NCBI GenBank assembly: GCA_965603825.1
Contig: CBFDEM010000015.1
Coordinates: 124,001-188,000, forward strand
Direction of reading: 5' to 3'
Source: Blepharisma stoltei ATCC 30299
Taxonomy: Eukaryota > Protista > Ciliophora
DNA: 64,000 nt
Shown piece after piece: positions 48,459 to 60,681 of the stretch. The notes below the pieces were generated by a model. The model worked only from the letters and a program-made list of their open reading frames with translations, was not told the origin of the DNA and did not search any database. The position numbers and the translations under genes were made by a program. Within the stretch, counting starts at the first letter, position 1, and each line of letters begins with the position of its first letter.

Positions 48459-49418
48459 ATGCCAAAACTCGCTGGTCATATCTGCCAATGCAAAACTTGT
48501 GGGAGAAGCTATACCCTTGTAAGTGTCGGAATTCAAACAGATAGCACTTCTGATATGCCAAGTTTTATTGACTTTGCTGAAAAAATGTTTAAGCCGGGTG
48601 CTCCATTCAATAAATCCACCAACGAAAGCCGAATTCTTATGGTTCGGCCTAAAAAGCTAAAAGGGGACACCAAAGATATTGAGGAACCTTCTTCCTTCAG
48701 TGACAACACTTTAAACGACAGTCCCTCAATTACAAAAAAAGCAGCATATGAGAAGAATTCTAATTTAAAAGAAGACACATTAAATGCAACTTTTTCAGAG
48801 TCATCTTTAATAAAAGATTTTGAACAAATAAAATCCCAAGGGTTTGGGTTCAACACTAGCTCAGCTTTTACAGAAAAATTTATTGAAATTTGTGATACGC
48901 CAAAATTTTACTCGACTCAGCATATACAAGGAGCCTTTAATTTCCAAGGAACTCCTCATTATGAAGGAACGAATTCTATGAAAAATTGTACAAATTTTAG
49001 TAAAACGCAGACTTTTACAAACAGGCCTACGATTGGTAGATCTAATTATCCTGAGGAAAAATTATTTGCAAAAACTGCAAAAAATCATACAAGTCCTTTT
49101 AATTTCGCTGATTTTTCAAAGAAAAATGCAAAAACTTCGAAAATATCAACAGCGAGTAAAGATCTTTCAGAAGACAGCACAAACCAGATTTCTGAAAATT
49201 ATGAAAGTATTATGGATAAGCCTACATTTTTAGATCCGAATTTGCGGGAGTCTTTTAAGCAGCTTGTACAGTTAGAAAAAATTGGGCTAAAGCAGCAATT
49301 TTCTTCGAAAAATTTCAAATTGCAAGAAAAAAGAAAGCAGCAAATCGCCCAAAATGAAAGTTTAGATCTGAGCCTCAGCTTAGATATGAATCAGTTACAA
49401 GAATTTTTAGATAATTAG
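48459..49418 (+). CDS. Hypothetical low-complexity protein with N-terminal CxCxxC and GIQTD motif
   Basis: First ATG at 48459 (MPKLAGHICQCKTCGRSYTLVSVGIQTD); intact ORF to TAG. Confidence 0.7.
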   Translation: MPKLAGHICQCKTCGRSYTLVSVGIQTDSTSDMPSFIDFAEKMFKPGAPFNKSTNESRILMVRPKKLKGDTKDIEEPSSFSDNTLNDSPSITKKAAYEKNSNLKEDTLNATFSESSLIKDFEQIKSQGFGFNTSSAFTEKFIEICDTPKFYSTQHIQGAFNFQGTPHYEGTNSMKNCTNFSKTQTFTNRPTIGRSNYPEEKLFAKTAKNHTSPFNFADFSKKNAKTSKISTASKDLSEDSTNQISENYESIMDKPTFLDPNLRESFKQLVQLEKIGLKQQFSSKNFKLQEKRKQQIAQNESLDLSLSLDMNQLQEFLDN

Positions 49419-49448
49419 AAATAATAAATAAATTCAAATTTTTATAAA

Positions 49449-50249
49449 ATGAACTCAAACATCTCAAACCCTTTTCGACCCAAAAATAAACAAATCCATG
49501 TATTGCATAGGCGAAAACCAAGACTTATTTATGGAAACAGACCTCTGATGTATGATAAATCAACACAAACAAATAAACAAATTTCACTTAAAAATATCTC
49601 GTTTACAAGTTTGCAGGATGCAAGGGACAAAATAAAAGCTACAAAACTTAACGCAAAAAATCAATTTTTATGCCACACTGATGCGCCTTCTTCTAATAAA
49701 AACGCTAATAGGGGAAGATCTCTATCTGAGCAATATGACCGTGTTGATAATTTTAATGAAAATATTGATGAAAATGTTGAGAAGGATAAAGAAAATCAAT
49801 TAGAGGTAGAAAAATCAGTGAAATTTGAAGAGACGCCTAATGTAGCAAAGAAAATAAATTCACATGAAAAAAGGGTTACTATTTGTACATCAGTCACTGA
49901 AATTCATGATGATGCTGAGTATGAGTATGAAAGTTCTATATTGAAAACTGGGAGCTCAAGAACTAATAGGACTAAAGATGCATCGTTGACGCCTTTTAAT
50001 TTTACTCATTTGACTTCTCAAGATACAGATCATAAATCTTCTGATATCAATACGGAGAATAGTCTTGCAAAAATTGAGTTTGTGACACCTCAGTCTAATT
50101 CCGTAGTTCTCTCAGAAACTTCTTCTATACTTAGCAGTGAAACCCCAAGACAATTAGATGAAGAGTCTAGTCTTAAAAGAAAATGCAGTGATTTCCCATC
50201 AACCGATCCAAAAGATATGAAAAGGAGAAAATTGAATGCAAAACACTAA
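49449..50249 (+). CDS. Hypothetical low-complexity protein with KSTQT motif and bipartite NLS-like tail, 266 aa
   Basis: Intact ORF; YDKSTQTN; ends KRKC..KRRKL. Confidence 0.7.
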   Translation: MNSNISNPFRPKNKQIHVLHRRKPRLIYGNRPLMYDKSTQTNKQISLKNISFTSLQDARDKIKATKLNAKNQFLCHTDAPSSNKNANRGRSLSEQYDRVDNFNENIDENVEKDKENQLEVEKSVKFEETPNVAKKINSHEKRVTICTSVTEIHDDAEYEYESSILKTGSSRTNRTKDASLTPFNFTHLTSQDTDHKSSDINTENSLAKIEFVTPQSNSVVLSETSSILSSETPRQLDEESSLKRKCSDFPSTDPKDMKRRKLNAKH

Positions 50250-50469
50250 TTAATTATTTATCAATTCAATAAACCTTGCTCAATATCAAATAGAATAAAA
50301 AAATAATATCGAAAAGCTTGAAAAAATTTTAAAGATTGTGGCTTATTGAACACAAAAGCAAATATTTAAAATTTCTCAATGGTCTAGTGAAAATAATTGG
50401 CAATTTTCATAATTTTTAATAGTTTTGTAGATTAATCAATTGATATAGTTTCAATATATCATTTGAAAA

Positions 50470-53400
50470 ATGATGCCAAAAGAGCGTAAAGTCATTGTCA
50501 AAAAGAAGAAGCCAGCCAGCAACGTTCAGCTAGAGCGTGTGATTGGTATAACCTCTAAAGGCAATAACTCAATAGCTGTTAATCCTCAAACCGGAGAAAT
50601 CGCATATATAGCTTCAGGTGTTGTCGTCTTTTTTAATGTTCAAGCCAACAAGCAGACAAGCCACATCTTTAACCAAAATTCCCGTGTTTTTTCATGCTTA
50701 GCTTTTGGCTCCAACGGCCGTTATCTCGCTATTGGCGAAGGAATCTGTAAGCAGCCAGAAATAACCATATGGGAATTTTCTGCTCAGAAACAATACACCC
50801 CAATAAAGACTCTCAAAGGCCATAAATACGGAATCGAATTAGTAGCTTTTTCCCCAGACGGCAGCTCTTTAGTTTCAGTCGGAAGTGAGCATGATGCCGG
50901 AATTTTTGTGTGGGACTGAAGACAAGAATATAAATTGACCTCTAACAAAATCTCCAAAAGAATCCTCTCAGTCGCCTTTGCCCCATCAGGAGAGTTTTTT
51001 GTGACTGGAGGCGTCAAAAGTATAAAACTTTGGGGTTTTGACAGAAGTGGAAAACCAATTCCAACACCCGCTAGTGAAAGCGCAGAAATAAAATGCATGA
51101 CGAGTAGGAACTTTGACCTGGCTGAAATGAAAGAGAAGTCCTTTGCAAGCGTAGCTGTAAGTGGAGCAAATATTTTCGCATTGACTTTAGATGGGATTTT
51201 ATGTGTCTTTACTATGGATAGGGTTATGGACAAATGGATAAATTTGCATACAGGAGGTGGTTATGCGCTTCATACAGCTGGTAATTTGTTAGCTTGTGGG
51301 TGTGCTGAAGGTATTATAAGGTGTTTTGATGCAAGCTCTTTGGAGCATATTATTACTTTACCAAGACCTCCACCACTTGGACAAGCTAATATATCTCCTG
51401 GTAGGAAAAAACAGGTAATTTCGACTGATGCAAATTCTCGTTTTGCTGATACTATTGCATTACTTTTATTTGACAATAATTCGAGTTTATATTCTTTATA
51501 CTCAGATCGTACAGTTTTTGTATGGAATATTTCAAAATTAGATAGTGTTTCTGTAACTAGGTCGTTTTTGCATCATTCTGGGAGTATTAATGATATACAA
51601 ATTATGCCTTCTTCTACGTTTGAACTAACGCAGTTTATAACGGGGTCATCTGATAAGACTATACGTTTTTGGCATTTATGCCATGTAGATCCTCGAAAGC
51701 TGGAAGGGTCTATTATAAAAAACGTTTACAGCAAAGATTTGAGCCGAATTATATATGTGTCAAAAAATATAAACCATTTTAAAGTGGCACCCCAGCAGCA
51801 AGATGATGAAGGATCCATAAAATGCATCAAATGCTCTCCAGACATGAAAGCACTAGCAGCAGGCGATACAGTTGGAATGCTAAGGATTTATGACATTAAT
51901 AACTTAAGTGAACTTTTATGCATGCAAGCTCATGATAGCGACATCATGGCAATCGACTATAGCGGCTTTGAACCATTTGAAGGCAAAAATGACACAAAAG
52001 GAAAAAATTTATTAGCAACTGGAAGCAGAGACCGATTAATTCACTTATTCAATATTGATGAAGACTATAAACCTATCACTACAATTGACGACCATAGTTC
52101 GTCAATTTCTGACTTATGCTTAATAAGAACTGATGGCAGTGATAAATTAGTTTCTTGTGGGGCAGATAAAGCCCTGATTTTCAGGTCTGTTCAAGCAGCA
52201 AATATAAGTCGAGACTACCAAAACCTCCAGAAGCAAAAAAAATTTTACTCGATAAAGCCACACCCTATACATAAAACTGTCGTAACAGGTGAAGACAAAG
52301 CAATAAAAATATGAAGCTTAGACAATGGAAAAGTCCTCAAAGAATTCGAAGATTACTTAGAAAAAGGGGTTAAAGCTCCAGCAGACAGTAATATAAAGCT
52401 TGCTATGGATAAGTCAGGGATGATAATTGCCGCTTGCAATCAAGATAAATATATTCGGCTGATTGATTATTATTCAGGAAGGTTACTCGGAAAAATGAAC
52501 GTAGGAGAGGTGCCGACAGCTGCAGCATTTACTCCTAATGGAAGAAAAGTATTAGTCACCACTTCAGATGGCTGCATTTTTATATGAAAATTGTCGACTG
52601 AGCTCGCAAATTCTATTAGAGCAAGGCTGTCAAGTGCAAATTTCCCTATGATTAAAAACCCTGAAATTGTATACGAAAGCGGCCTTATAGAAAGCGAACT
52701 TAAAAATGAGCCAGAAGAAGCCAAAGAAGTCATTAAGCCAAGAGAAGAGCCAAAAGCATTAAAAATCCACGAAAGTTTAATGCCAGACTGGGCCAAATCT
52801 AATGTCCCAAAGCAGTCAGAAGTCAGAAACAAGTCTCCATTTGACCTCGCAAAAGACTCAGAAAAACCAATTCCAGGGGCATGGGGCAAAACTCCTGTCA
52901 AATTTGGGCTTGAAGAAGTTGCCCCTCTCCGAGAAGACCCTATAATAAAAGATCCAAAATTAATAAAATTCCAGTTCCAAGAAGTAGATTCCGAAGACGA
53001 AGGGAAAAAAGAAGACAAAAAAGAAGAAGAGCTTGAAGTCGTAGTAACCACAGTTGAAGAAGCAAAAGAAGAATTTACAGTCACAAAATCTGTAGTTTTG
53101 CCTGGAGGATTTAAAGAAAATATAGAAGAAATTAAAGAAGAATCTGAAGTTTATTATGACGCTGAAGAAATGCTGCAGCCTCCTGAAGAAATCCCTGATT
53201 TTGAGCCTGAAAGCAAAGCACCTGGCAATCCATTGAGAAAAAGCTTAAGCTCGTCATTTTGGCAGCAGAAACAAGAAAAAGTGGTGGAGCAGCCTTTATA
53301 TTTCCAGTATGAGCCTGTTGAAACTGAGCCATGGCATGTGCCAAAAATTGGGGTTTTAAATAAAGAAAAGCAAGAAGATTTAAAGCCAAAAATTGATGAT

Positions 53401-54081
53401 GTCAAAAAAAGACTACAAGATATGGGAATATTAGGAGAAGGAAAATGAAACAGAAAGAAAAAATCAATTGACGCTAAACCTGAAGATGCTGAACAAATTC
53501 CTGAAGAAATCCAACAAGAACCTGAAAAAATCATAGAAAATCCTATAGAAAAGCCAGAAGAAATCCCTATTGAAATTGAAGAGAAAAAATCTAAAAAAGA
53601 AAGATCACATAGAGGAAAGCACAAGAAAAAAAGAGAGAAAAAGAATGAATTGGTAGAAAGCTCATTGTTAGAAAGCTCAGCCCAAAACCACTTTAATTCT
53701 CCATATGTCCAAGAAGCCCAAAACCAAGAATCAATTATCGCTTCTTCATGTGATTTCCAGTTATCACAATGCTCAATGAGCGAAACATCATTCAAATTGA
53801 GCAAGCAGCATTATATCCAAGGGTTTAAAGATTTGAAAAGTAGCTTGCAAGATGTGAAAACGTTTTTTGAGCAGACAAATCCAGCAGATCCTGAGTATTC
53901 AATGTCACTAGAAGAGTCCTCACAAGATATTATTGAAATTCAAGACCTTTTGAGGACAATTTCAGCACAACTTGGCGGGAGCCTCCAGGCAAGCCAAGAA
54001 AATAATATGTTGGAGAGATACTCTGAGAAGCTTTTAACAATAATTGAGCAGAAAATCAAGAGAAGAGTCCCAGAATATTAA
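50470..54081 (+). CDS. WD40 protein, WDR62/MAPKBP1-like, 1203 aa
   Basis: VQLERVIGIT, NPQTGEIAY, GHKYGIELVAFSPDG..SVGSEHD, LATGSRDRLIH, DHSSSI and the C-terminal LERYSEKLL motif. Four TGA=Trp (50917, 52312, 52585, 53446). Confidence 0.9.
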
Positions 54082-54134
54082 ATTTAAATTTGCATTTAAA
54101 CTAGGATTAGCGCTAATTAAAAATATTTCGAATA

Positions 54135-55214
54135 ATGATTTTAAATAAATTTGAAAAATTTCTTAGAGATGAACAAGTTTGGAATGAAGAAAGCGCAGCC
54201 TATTACTATGAAAATAAACTCAAGCATAAGGTTATCACTGCTCTAAGAATATTTCAAGAGATTTTCCACGAGCGAGTTAAAGCTTTAGACTGCATTTTAA
54301 CTATTCCTTATCGATTTCAAATAGCTGAATCCTTTGTAACTTGGCAAAGCTGCACATCCCATCCTTTATCCAATATAGCAAACATATATTCACGATCAAA
54401 AATGCTTAAAAAATCAATAATCTCTTGGAGGAGACTCACAAAAAAGAAAATAATTATGAAGCAAAAAATTCAGAGGGCAGTTGAGTATCACAGTCATAGA
54501 AAAATGCTGCTGGTTTTAGCCAACTGGGCAGGATATTTAAGTGAATGCTATCATAATAGAGCAAATAATAGGTCATACTCGTATAACCCAAGAAAAGGAT
54601 ATAGCATGCTAAAAAGGAGACAAGATAGAAGTCTAGTTGAAGGACAAATTAATGAAAAGCCGCATTTTAGGTCCTTTAGCATATTGGAATCAACAAGTTT
54701 TTGCACAGAAATGATTGTGGAGCTTGATAAAATGGCAAAAGATTATAGAAATAAAATTTTAAAGAAAAAAACATTGGAAGCATGGATAAAAGGACTGATG
54801 AGAATTGATAAAGCTGAAAAATTAAAGAAAAAAGCTGCCAATTTCAAAAATTCTTTATATAAAAGAAAATTTTTTAAATTATGGGAAAAAAGATACACTG
54901 TAGCTGCAGGGCTCTCTATACTAAATGTATGTTTATTCAAAATTCAAGTAAAAAATTCCTTCATTAACCTGAGAAAATGGGCATTAAAATTCAATAAAAA
55001 CTCCAAAAGAGCTATAAAGCACAATAAAGAAAACATCAGTATAGAAAATTATTCTGAAAAAATGCAGCTATTTCATATGGACGACTATGAGCTTGCTCTA
55101 AATATAAAAATGCTAGAAAAGAAGCTCACTGCTTTAAACCAAGAATTATCAATTGAACAAATCAATCATTATAAACTTTTAGCTGAAAAACGAGAATATA
55201 TAGCTTTATTTTAA
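54135..55214 (+). CDS. Basic helical protein with Sfi1-like Trp repeats (possible centrin binder), 359 aa
   Basis: Recurring LKKSIISWR, LLVLANWA, LKKKTLEAWI, KRKFFKLWE motifs. Confidence 0.6.
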   Translation: MILNKFEKFLRDEQVWNEESAAYYYENKLKHKVITALRIFQEIFHERVKALDCILTIPYRFQIAESFVTWQSCTSHPLSNIANIYSRSKMLKKSIISWRRLTKKKIIMKQKIQRAVEYHSHRKMLLVLANWAGYLSECYHNRANNRSYSYNPRKGYSMLKRRQDRSLVEGQINEKPHFRSFSILESTSFCTEMIVELDKMAKDYRNKILKKKTLEAWIKGLMRIDKAEKLKKKAANFKNSLYKRKFFKLWEKRYTVAAGLSILNVCLFKIQVKNSFINLRKWALKFNKNSKRAIKHNKENISIENYSEKMQLFHMDDYELALNIKMLEKKLTALNQELSIEQINHYKLLAEKREYIALF

Positions 55215-55226
55215 TTATAAAAATAG

Positions 55227-57323
55227 TTAATAAGGGTATTTTTGGCAGTTAAGGAGATGATCGACACTCCAAGCTTCAGGTAGATGCTGAGGGCTCATTG
55301 TTTTGACGAAATGAATCCTCCATCTTCTTATAAACTCTTTTAGACTTGTCAGCTTTTGTACAACTTTGGCTCCATGCATATTTTGGGTTTCTTTTTTTCA
55401 ATTAATGTCGCCATGGACGTTTTTAAGGTTGCTTGAGTTTTTATCATCTGCCAAATAATTAATTACAATTATCATGTCGTCTTCAATGCTTTGTTGTAAT
55501 TCTTTTTCTATGAAATTTTTATACTCAGGATTTTTTTCAAAAAATTCCATTAACTGTCTTTCCAGATTTTCCTTTCGTTCTTCTGGCATAATATTTCTGT
55601 GTTTTTTCAATGATATGCAAAGTCTATGAATCGATTTAATTTTTTCGATGATTTTATGCTTATCTCCAAATTCATATAAAGGAATATCAAACTCCTCCGC
55701 AATTTGTCTCTTTAAAATATCGCTTTCTTTATTAGCAATTTCATGGCATTTCGGGCACAACAAAACTACATCATGACTTCTGTGTGATTTATAATTTTCC
55801 GGAAAGGCTTGTCTATATATTAAAGGTACCACATGGTATCTTAAATAGCACCCAGTCCCTCCACAAACTACACACATATTTTTCTTAACTTTTGAGTAAT
55901 ATTTTTGATCAGCTTCTACATCACTAAACCCTCTTCCATTTGGCTCAAATTTTAGTCTTATTATAAGAGGGTCATTTTGTACTATTTCTGCAAGATTTTT
56001 ATCAGTGTACCATCTTGCTTTTTTAAAGTCAGCAAAGCAAAGGATTTCTCCATCAGGGGCTTGGATTTCACAGTTTTCGTAGACGTTTTTTTTGACTGTG
56101 TATTTTTCGATGAATTTCTTATGCCGTTCTTCTTTTCGCAGTTTTCGCTTTATAGACTCAGTTATGGTATCATTAGTTTCTATGAGCTTAAAAGGGATTT
56201 TTCTGCCTTCATTTATGATTTCTAGTATTTCTTTTGAATTTTTTAGAATTAAAGGAAAATCTTTTCCAAAAGAAGATATTGATGATTTTAATTCAGAAAA
56301 ATTCTGGGGTTTTGCCACTGAGATTTCTACTAAAACTTGGGTTGGGCAAATATATGTGCAGCTTTCATCAAGCTTCATTGCAACTTTGTCTCGAAATTCA
56401 AAAATTTCTTTAAAAATGTACTCACTTTGTGTATCCAATGCTTGAATGCTATGTTTTTTGAATTTTTTAATGCAGTCTTCTTTATTTATTTGTTTAACTG
56501 TATATATCAGATTAGAAATCTCATTTGTTTCATCTCTTATAAATTTTAATTTCTCCTCATCAAGTGTCTGAGACATCGTGCTCATCAAATAAATCAAATA
56601 ATGTACATCTAAAGCAGCATATGTAATCATTTTTTGGTTCAAAGGTCTTATTCTTCAATCTGAAGTTTGGAACCCTTTCTTTTCTTGAGAGCTCATATGG
56701 AAATCACAATAGTTTTTTCATAAATGATTAAGTCCCAAATTTGTTTCGCCAAGCCACTTAGCTGCTATATATGTATCAAATATGTTGACTGTACAGATCC
56801 CAAAATCTCTTTGAAGCCACTGTGTATCATTAATTGATCCATGGAAAATTTTTAATATTTCAGGATTTTCAAAGATTATGGATAGCTGAGGAATACTAGT
56901 CCTAAGTTTGATGGCGTCAATAAGGTAAATTTCGTCTTTTGTGGATATTTGAATAAGGCAAATAAAGCCGAGATATGACCTTTTCCTATGCTCCTCGATG
57001 TCGACGCCAATGATTTTTTGTTTTGATAAAGTCTCTAAAGATTCATAAAATAATTTTTCTGAGTCTACCAAAAGAATTATGCTAGGATCAAGCTCTTTCA
57101 GTTTGGAAGAAATAGCTGGGTATTCTGGGGAAAGGGAATTTATAGCTGATGAAATATCTGCTCACTTCTGAGGAGGGATTTTTGAAGAATTCCATGCAAA
57201 GTTTTCAATTGAGTAATCTTTTCAAAGTCTTTGTGGCTTTTCTATATCAGCTTTTCTCTTCTTTTTTAGAAAAAACAGAATACTTAGAAGAATAATTAAA
57301 ACTGATAGAATCAATCCATACAT
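55227..57323 (-). CDS. RRP6-type DEDDy 3'-5' exonuclease plus HRDC plus EXD2-like C-terminal domain, with N-terminal TM anchor, 698 aa
   Basis: MYGLILSVLIILLSILFFLKKKRK; GVDIEEH, FHGSINDTQWLQRDF, SD-W-RIRPL..YAALDVHYL; HRDC-like FRDKVAMKLDES; CVVCG..HVVP..HRSHDVVLLCPKCH; WRIHFVKTMSPQHLPEAWSVDH. Confidence 0.9.
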
Positions 57324-57405
57324 TTTATTTGTAATTTAGGATAAATTACGTGTTTAATAAGATGATGCATTAAAATAAGCATAGATTTTATAATTTTATA
57401 ATTTT

Positions 57406-58281
57406 TTAAGCATTTTCTTTAGGCTTGGCACTCATCGATAATATTTTTCCTATTTTATGTTTAATAGCCCCAGCTTTTTTCAGCAACCCTTTAAAAGCAT
57501 TATCTATCATCTTCAATTTTTGTGTAATGCTCTCAACTTCTCTTGTTATATCTGAAATAGCTTGTCTAACATTTCCCGAATTATTTCCCATCGCTGCAAT
57601 TTCATCAATCAAATCATCTCTATCCATTCTCTCAAAAATCGCAGCATAAATCCCTGCAATAGCTAAAGCAGCCGGCGAGTATGTAAAAAATGTATCCCCA
57701 AAATGAGCAATTTCAATGAATTCTTTTGCTTTTTTTTCTATTTCATCTAGATCAGCATCCCCAAATCCTTTATTTTTCAAAAATTCAATAAGGGCTTTTA
57801 AAGGTTTATAAGGTGTATACACATATAATTGAAAATTTATTCCAGAAATCAGGACAATTTCGCTTTGCAAAATTTTTTGAGGGTTGCTTCCTTGAAAATT
57901 TGAGCAAAATGAGCTCGCGTCTCTGACGTTGATTTCTTCAGTTTTACATGCGACGTAAAGAGCTGTGAACATCAAGTTACCGGGATCATTTAAACATACA
58001 GGATTTCGTAAGAAAAATCGCCGAAAATAAGAAATAGCAGTAGTCTGAGCTTTTAAATGAAGGTTTATATGCTTACAACACATAAGTAAGTTTCTGCATA
58101 AGCCAAGTAGTAAGGTTTCCTCTTCTTCTCTTGTAAGAAGAAAATTTAATATTTCGTTGGGGACTCCCTTTGAAGTTAATTGAGAAACAAGCGATGAGTG
58201 CTTTTCTTGGTATAAGGATTCAAGCTGCTCTTTTGATAAAATCCAATTTTTCTTATGTGTTGAGAGCAGAAAATTTGGCAT
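57406..58281 (-). CDS. CCNH: Cyclin H
   Basis: FLLSTHKKNWI, TAISYFRRFFL, ALYVACKTEE, EIVLISGINFQLYVYTPYKPL. Confidence 0.88.
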   Translation of the reverse strand: MPNFLLSTHKKNWILSKEQLESLYQEKHSSLVSQLTSKGVPNEILNFLLTREEEETLLLGLCRNLLMCCKHINLHLKAQTTAISYFRRFFLRNPVCLNDPGNLMFTALYVACKTEEINVRDASSFCSNFQGSNPQKILQSEIVLISGINFQLYVYTPYKPLKALIEFLKNKGFGDADLDEIEKKAKEFIEIAHFGDTFFTYSPAALAIAGIYAAIFERMDRDDLIDEIAAMGNNSGNVRQAISDITREVESITQKLKMIDNAFKGLLKKAGAIKHKIGKILSMSAKPKENA

Positions 58282-58449
58282 CTTTATCTATATTTATTAA
58301 TGTTTGAAAAAAAATAGAGACAAACTGTAATAATAATCAATATTTAAATGCTAAGAAATTACCGCAATGAGAAGCTTTCTTAGAAAATATTTTGAAAATA
58401 CTTCATATAAAATATTTGGTTAAATTTTATTATTAATAAAATAACTTAA

Positions 58450-60657
58450 ATGAATAAAAGTAAAGTTGAAGGGGAAGCCGACATACATATATCAAAACAA
58501 TCCAAATCAATTATTTACAGTGTTTTAGAGCACGAAGCTTGTGAAAACCAACGAATCCCTATAAACCCCAACATCTTATCATTTAAAGATGATATGCTTG
58601 AATACCGATACTATTTAGCTCTTTTGTGTCATAAAGGAAACGAGCAAGAAAAATCAAAAGAATTCAAAAATAATTTGCTTGTTTTCTATATTTTCTTAAC
58701 CTCCTACATAGCAATTACAGTTACAACCTCCCTTCTTCTTTATAACGAAGGAAACCAAAAAGAAGAGCTCTTAATCACCCGTCTCATAGCTTTAGGCTTT
58801 ATTTTAATACTCAGCTACACAATTGCTTATCTGCTTTTCAAATCCCCTCATTTTCTATTAAAATCGAAAGAACTCCTAGGGATCCTCTCATTTGTTATTA
58901 TAGCTTATCTAGTAGTATGCGATGAAAGAGTCCTATCAGAAATATTTTCAAAAGACTATGAAAAAAACTGCCAAAATCACACGCTAATTTTAGCATGCTT
59001 TCTCATTATGATTCGAGTAGTTATTTTTGATAGCTTTTTTTTAATTACAATTTTGACCACCATTACTTTAATTTCTGCGATTGCGCTGCTTCTCTCATTA
59101 TCATCTTTATCCCCATTTGCAATTTTAAGCGATTATTTAGTACTTTTCGTATTTTTATTGCTGCAAACCATTGATTGTCATCAGGTTGAATATAGAGCAA
59201 GGCAGTTGTTTTGGAGAAGAGATCAAGAGGAAGAAGCTTTAGACCCAATGGCAAGCCAAGGAGAAGACGGTGATAAAGCTTATGCACAAATTCATACTGA
59301 GGTTGAGCTTTTACTTCATGCTTGTGATAAAATAAAGCAGAATATAAAGCAGGCCTCTGCAGTTATTATGTATAAGGATGTAAAAACTAAACTGAAAGCT
59401 GCGCAAACGGAAATTGAAAAGGTAAAAAGAGGAATTGCGCATGGGTTGGCTATGCATGATGTGAAATTGGAAGGAAATGGAGAATTGGATGAAGATGACA
59501 AAGTGTTTATAGCGGAATATTGTATGGATAAAATATCTAGTGACAAAGTAAGAGGTAGGCACCAAACTATGGGAGATGTACGAGAAATTAACCCATCTTT
59601 TCCATTCAGTACTTATGGAGTCGCAGAATTAGATTCTGTGCTGTTCAGTGTCGGGAAAAACTGAAATTTTGATATATGGTTTGTATATCAAGTAACTGGT
59701 CATAGTATTTTTATAGTTGCAAAATATTTATTTGAAAGGTGGAGCTTAAATACAACTTTTAGCATTTCTGAAGATACAACTGACCGATTTTTCCAGACCT
59801 TGGAAAAAGTAATTTTTATATAGAATTACCATCAAAATCCTTATCATAACGCATGCCATGCAGCTGATGTCCTTCACAGCTTGCTTTATTTTCTATCCAC
59901 TTCTGATGTCATAAAAAACTTAAACCCTGTTGATATTGTCTCTTTAATTGTAGCCTGCCTTGGCCATGATGTTGGACATCCAGCACTTACCAACAGATTT
60001 CTGATAAATAATCGGGATGAGCTTGCTTATCAATATAATGATAACAGTGTCCTAGAAAATATGCACATTTCCAAAACATACTCCATTATGAACAAACAGG
60101 GCTGTAATATTTTTGAAAATCTTGACCCAGAAGACTGGCCGAAATCCAGAAAATTAATTATTGAAATGATACTTGAAACTGACATGATGAAACATTTCGA
60201 AATACTAGGAAGATTTAGAGCAAGAGCTGTAAATCTAGCTGATCTTGCCTTAGAAAATCAAGACGATAAGCTACTTATTTTGTCAATGGGATTAAAATGC
60301 GGAGATATAGGACACTCTGCCAAAATCCCTGAGCTGCATGAAAAATGGACCTCTTTAGTCTGTGAAGAGTTTTTCAGACAGGGAGATCTAGAAAAACAAA
60401 GAAAACAGCAGGTTTCTATGTACTGCGATAGGGACACAACTGATCTTCCGAAATCACAATCTGGGTTTATAAGAAATATTTGTATGCCTTTATATGAAGT
60501 TTGATGCTCATATTTAAATAGTGACGAAATAAATAAAAACTGCATGGACCAATTAAAAAAGAATTTAGCGTATTGGGATGAAAAAACAAAGGCAAGGAGA
60601 ACATCTGCTCAAAATGCTGATAATTCTGTTATCGCGAATGGAAATGATAAAAAATAA
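58450..60657 (+). CDS. Membrane-bound class I cyclic-nucleotide phosphodiesterase, 730 aa
   Basis: About six N-terminal TM helices; PYHNACHAADV (after intron 59809-59823), HDVGHPALTN, LENMH, TDM, DIGH, FFRQGDLEK, SQSGF. TGA=Trp at 59662 and 60502. Confidence 0.93.
59809..59823 (+). other. 15-nt intron (GTAATTTTTATATAG)
   Basis: Removal deletes an in-frame TAG just before the NYHQNPYHN catalytic motif. Confidence 0.92.
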
Positions 60658-60681
60658 TGATAAATAATTTTTATTAAATAA

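Noticed and set aside
49416-49451. Fusion of the in-frame ORFs 48459-49418 and 49449-50249 by readthrough or an intron
   Set aside because: The gap holds TAG plus two TAA in frame and no GT..AG 15-mer.
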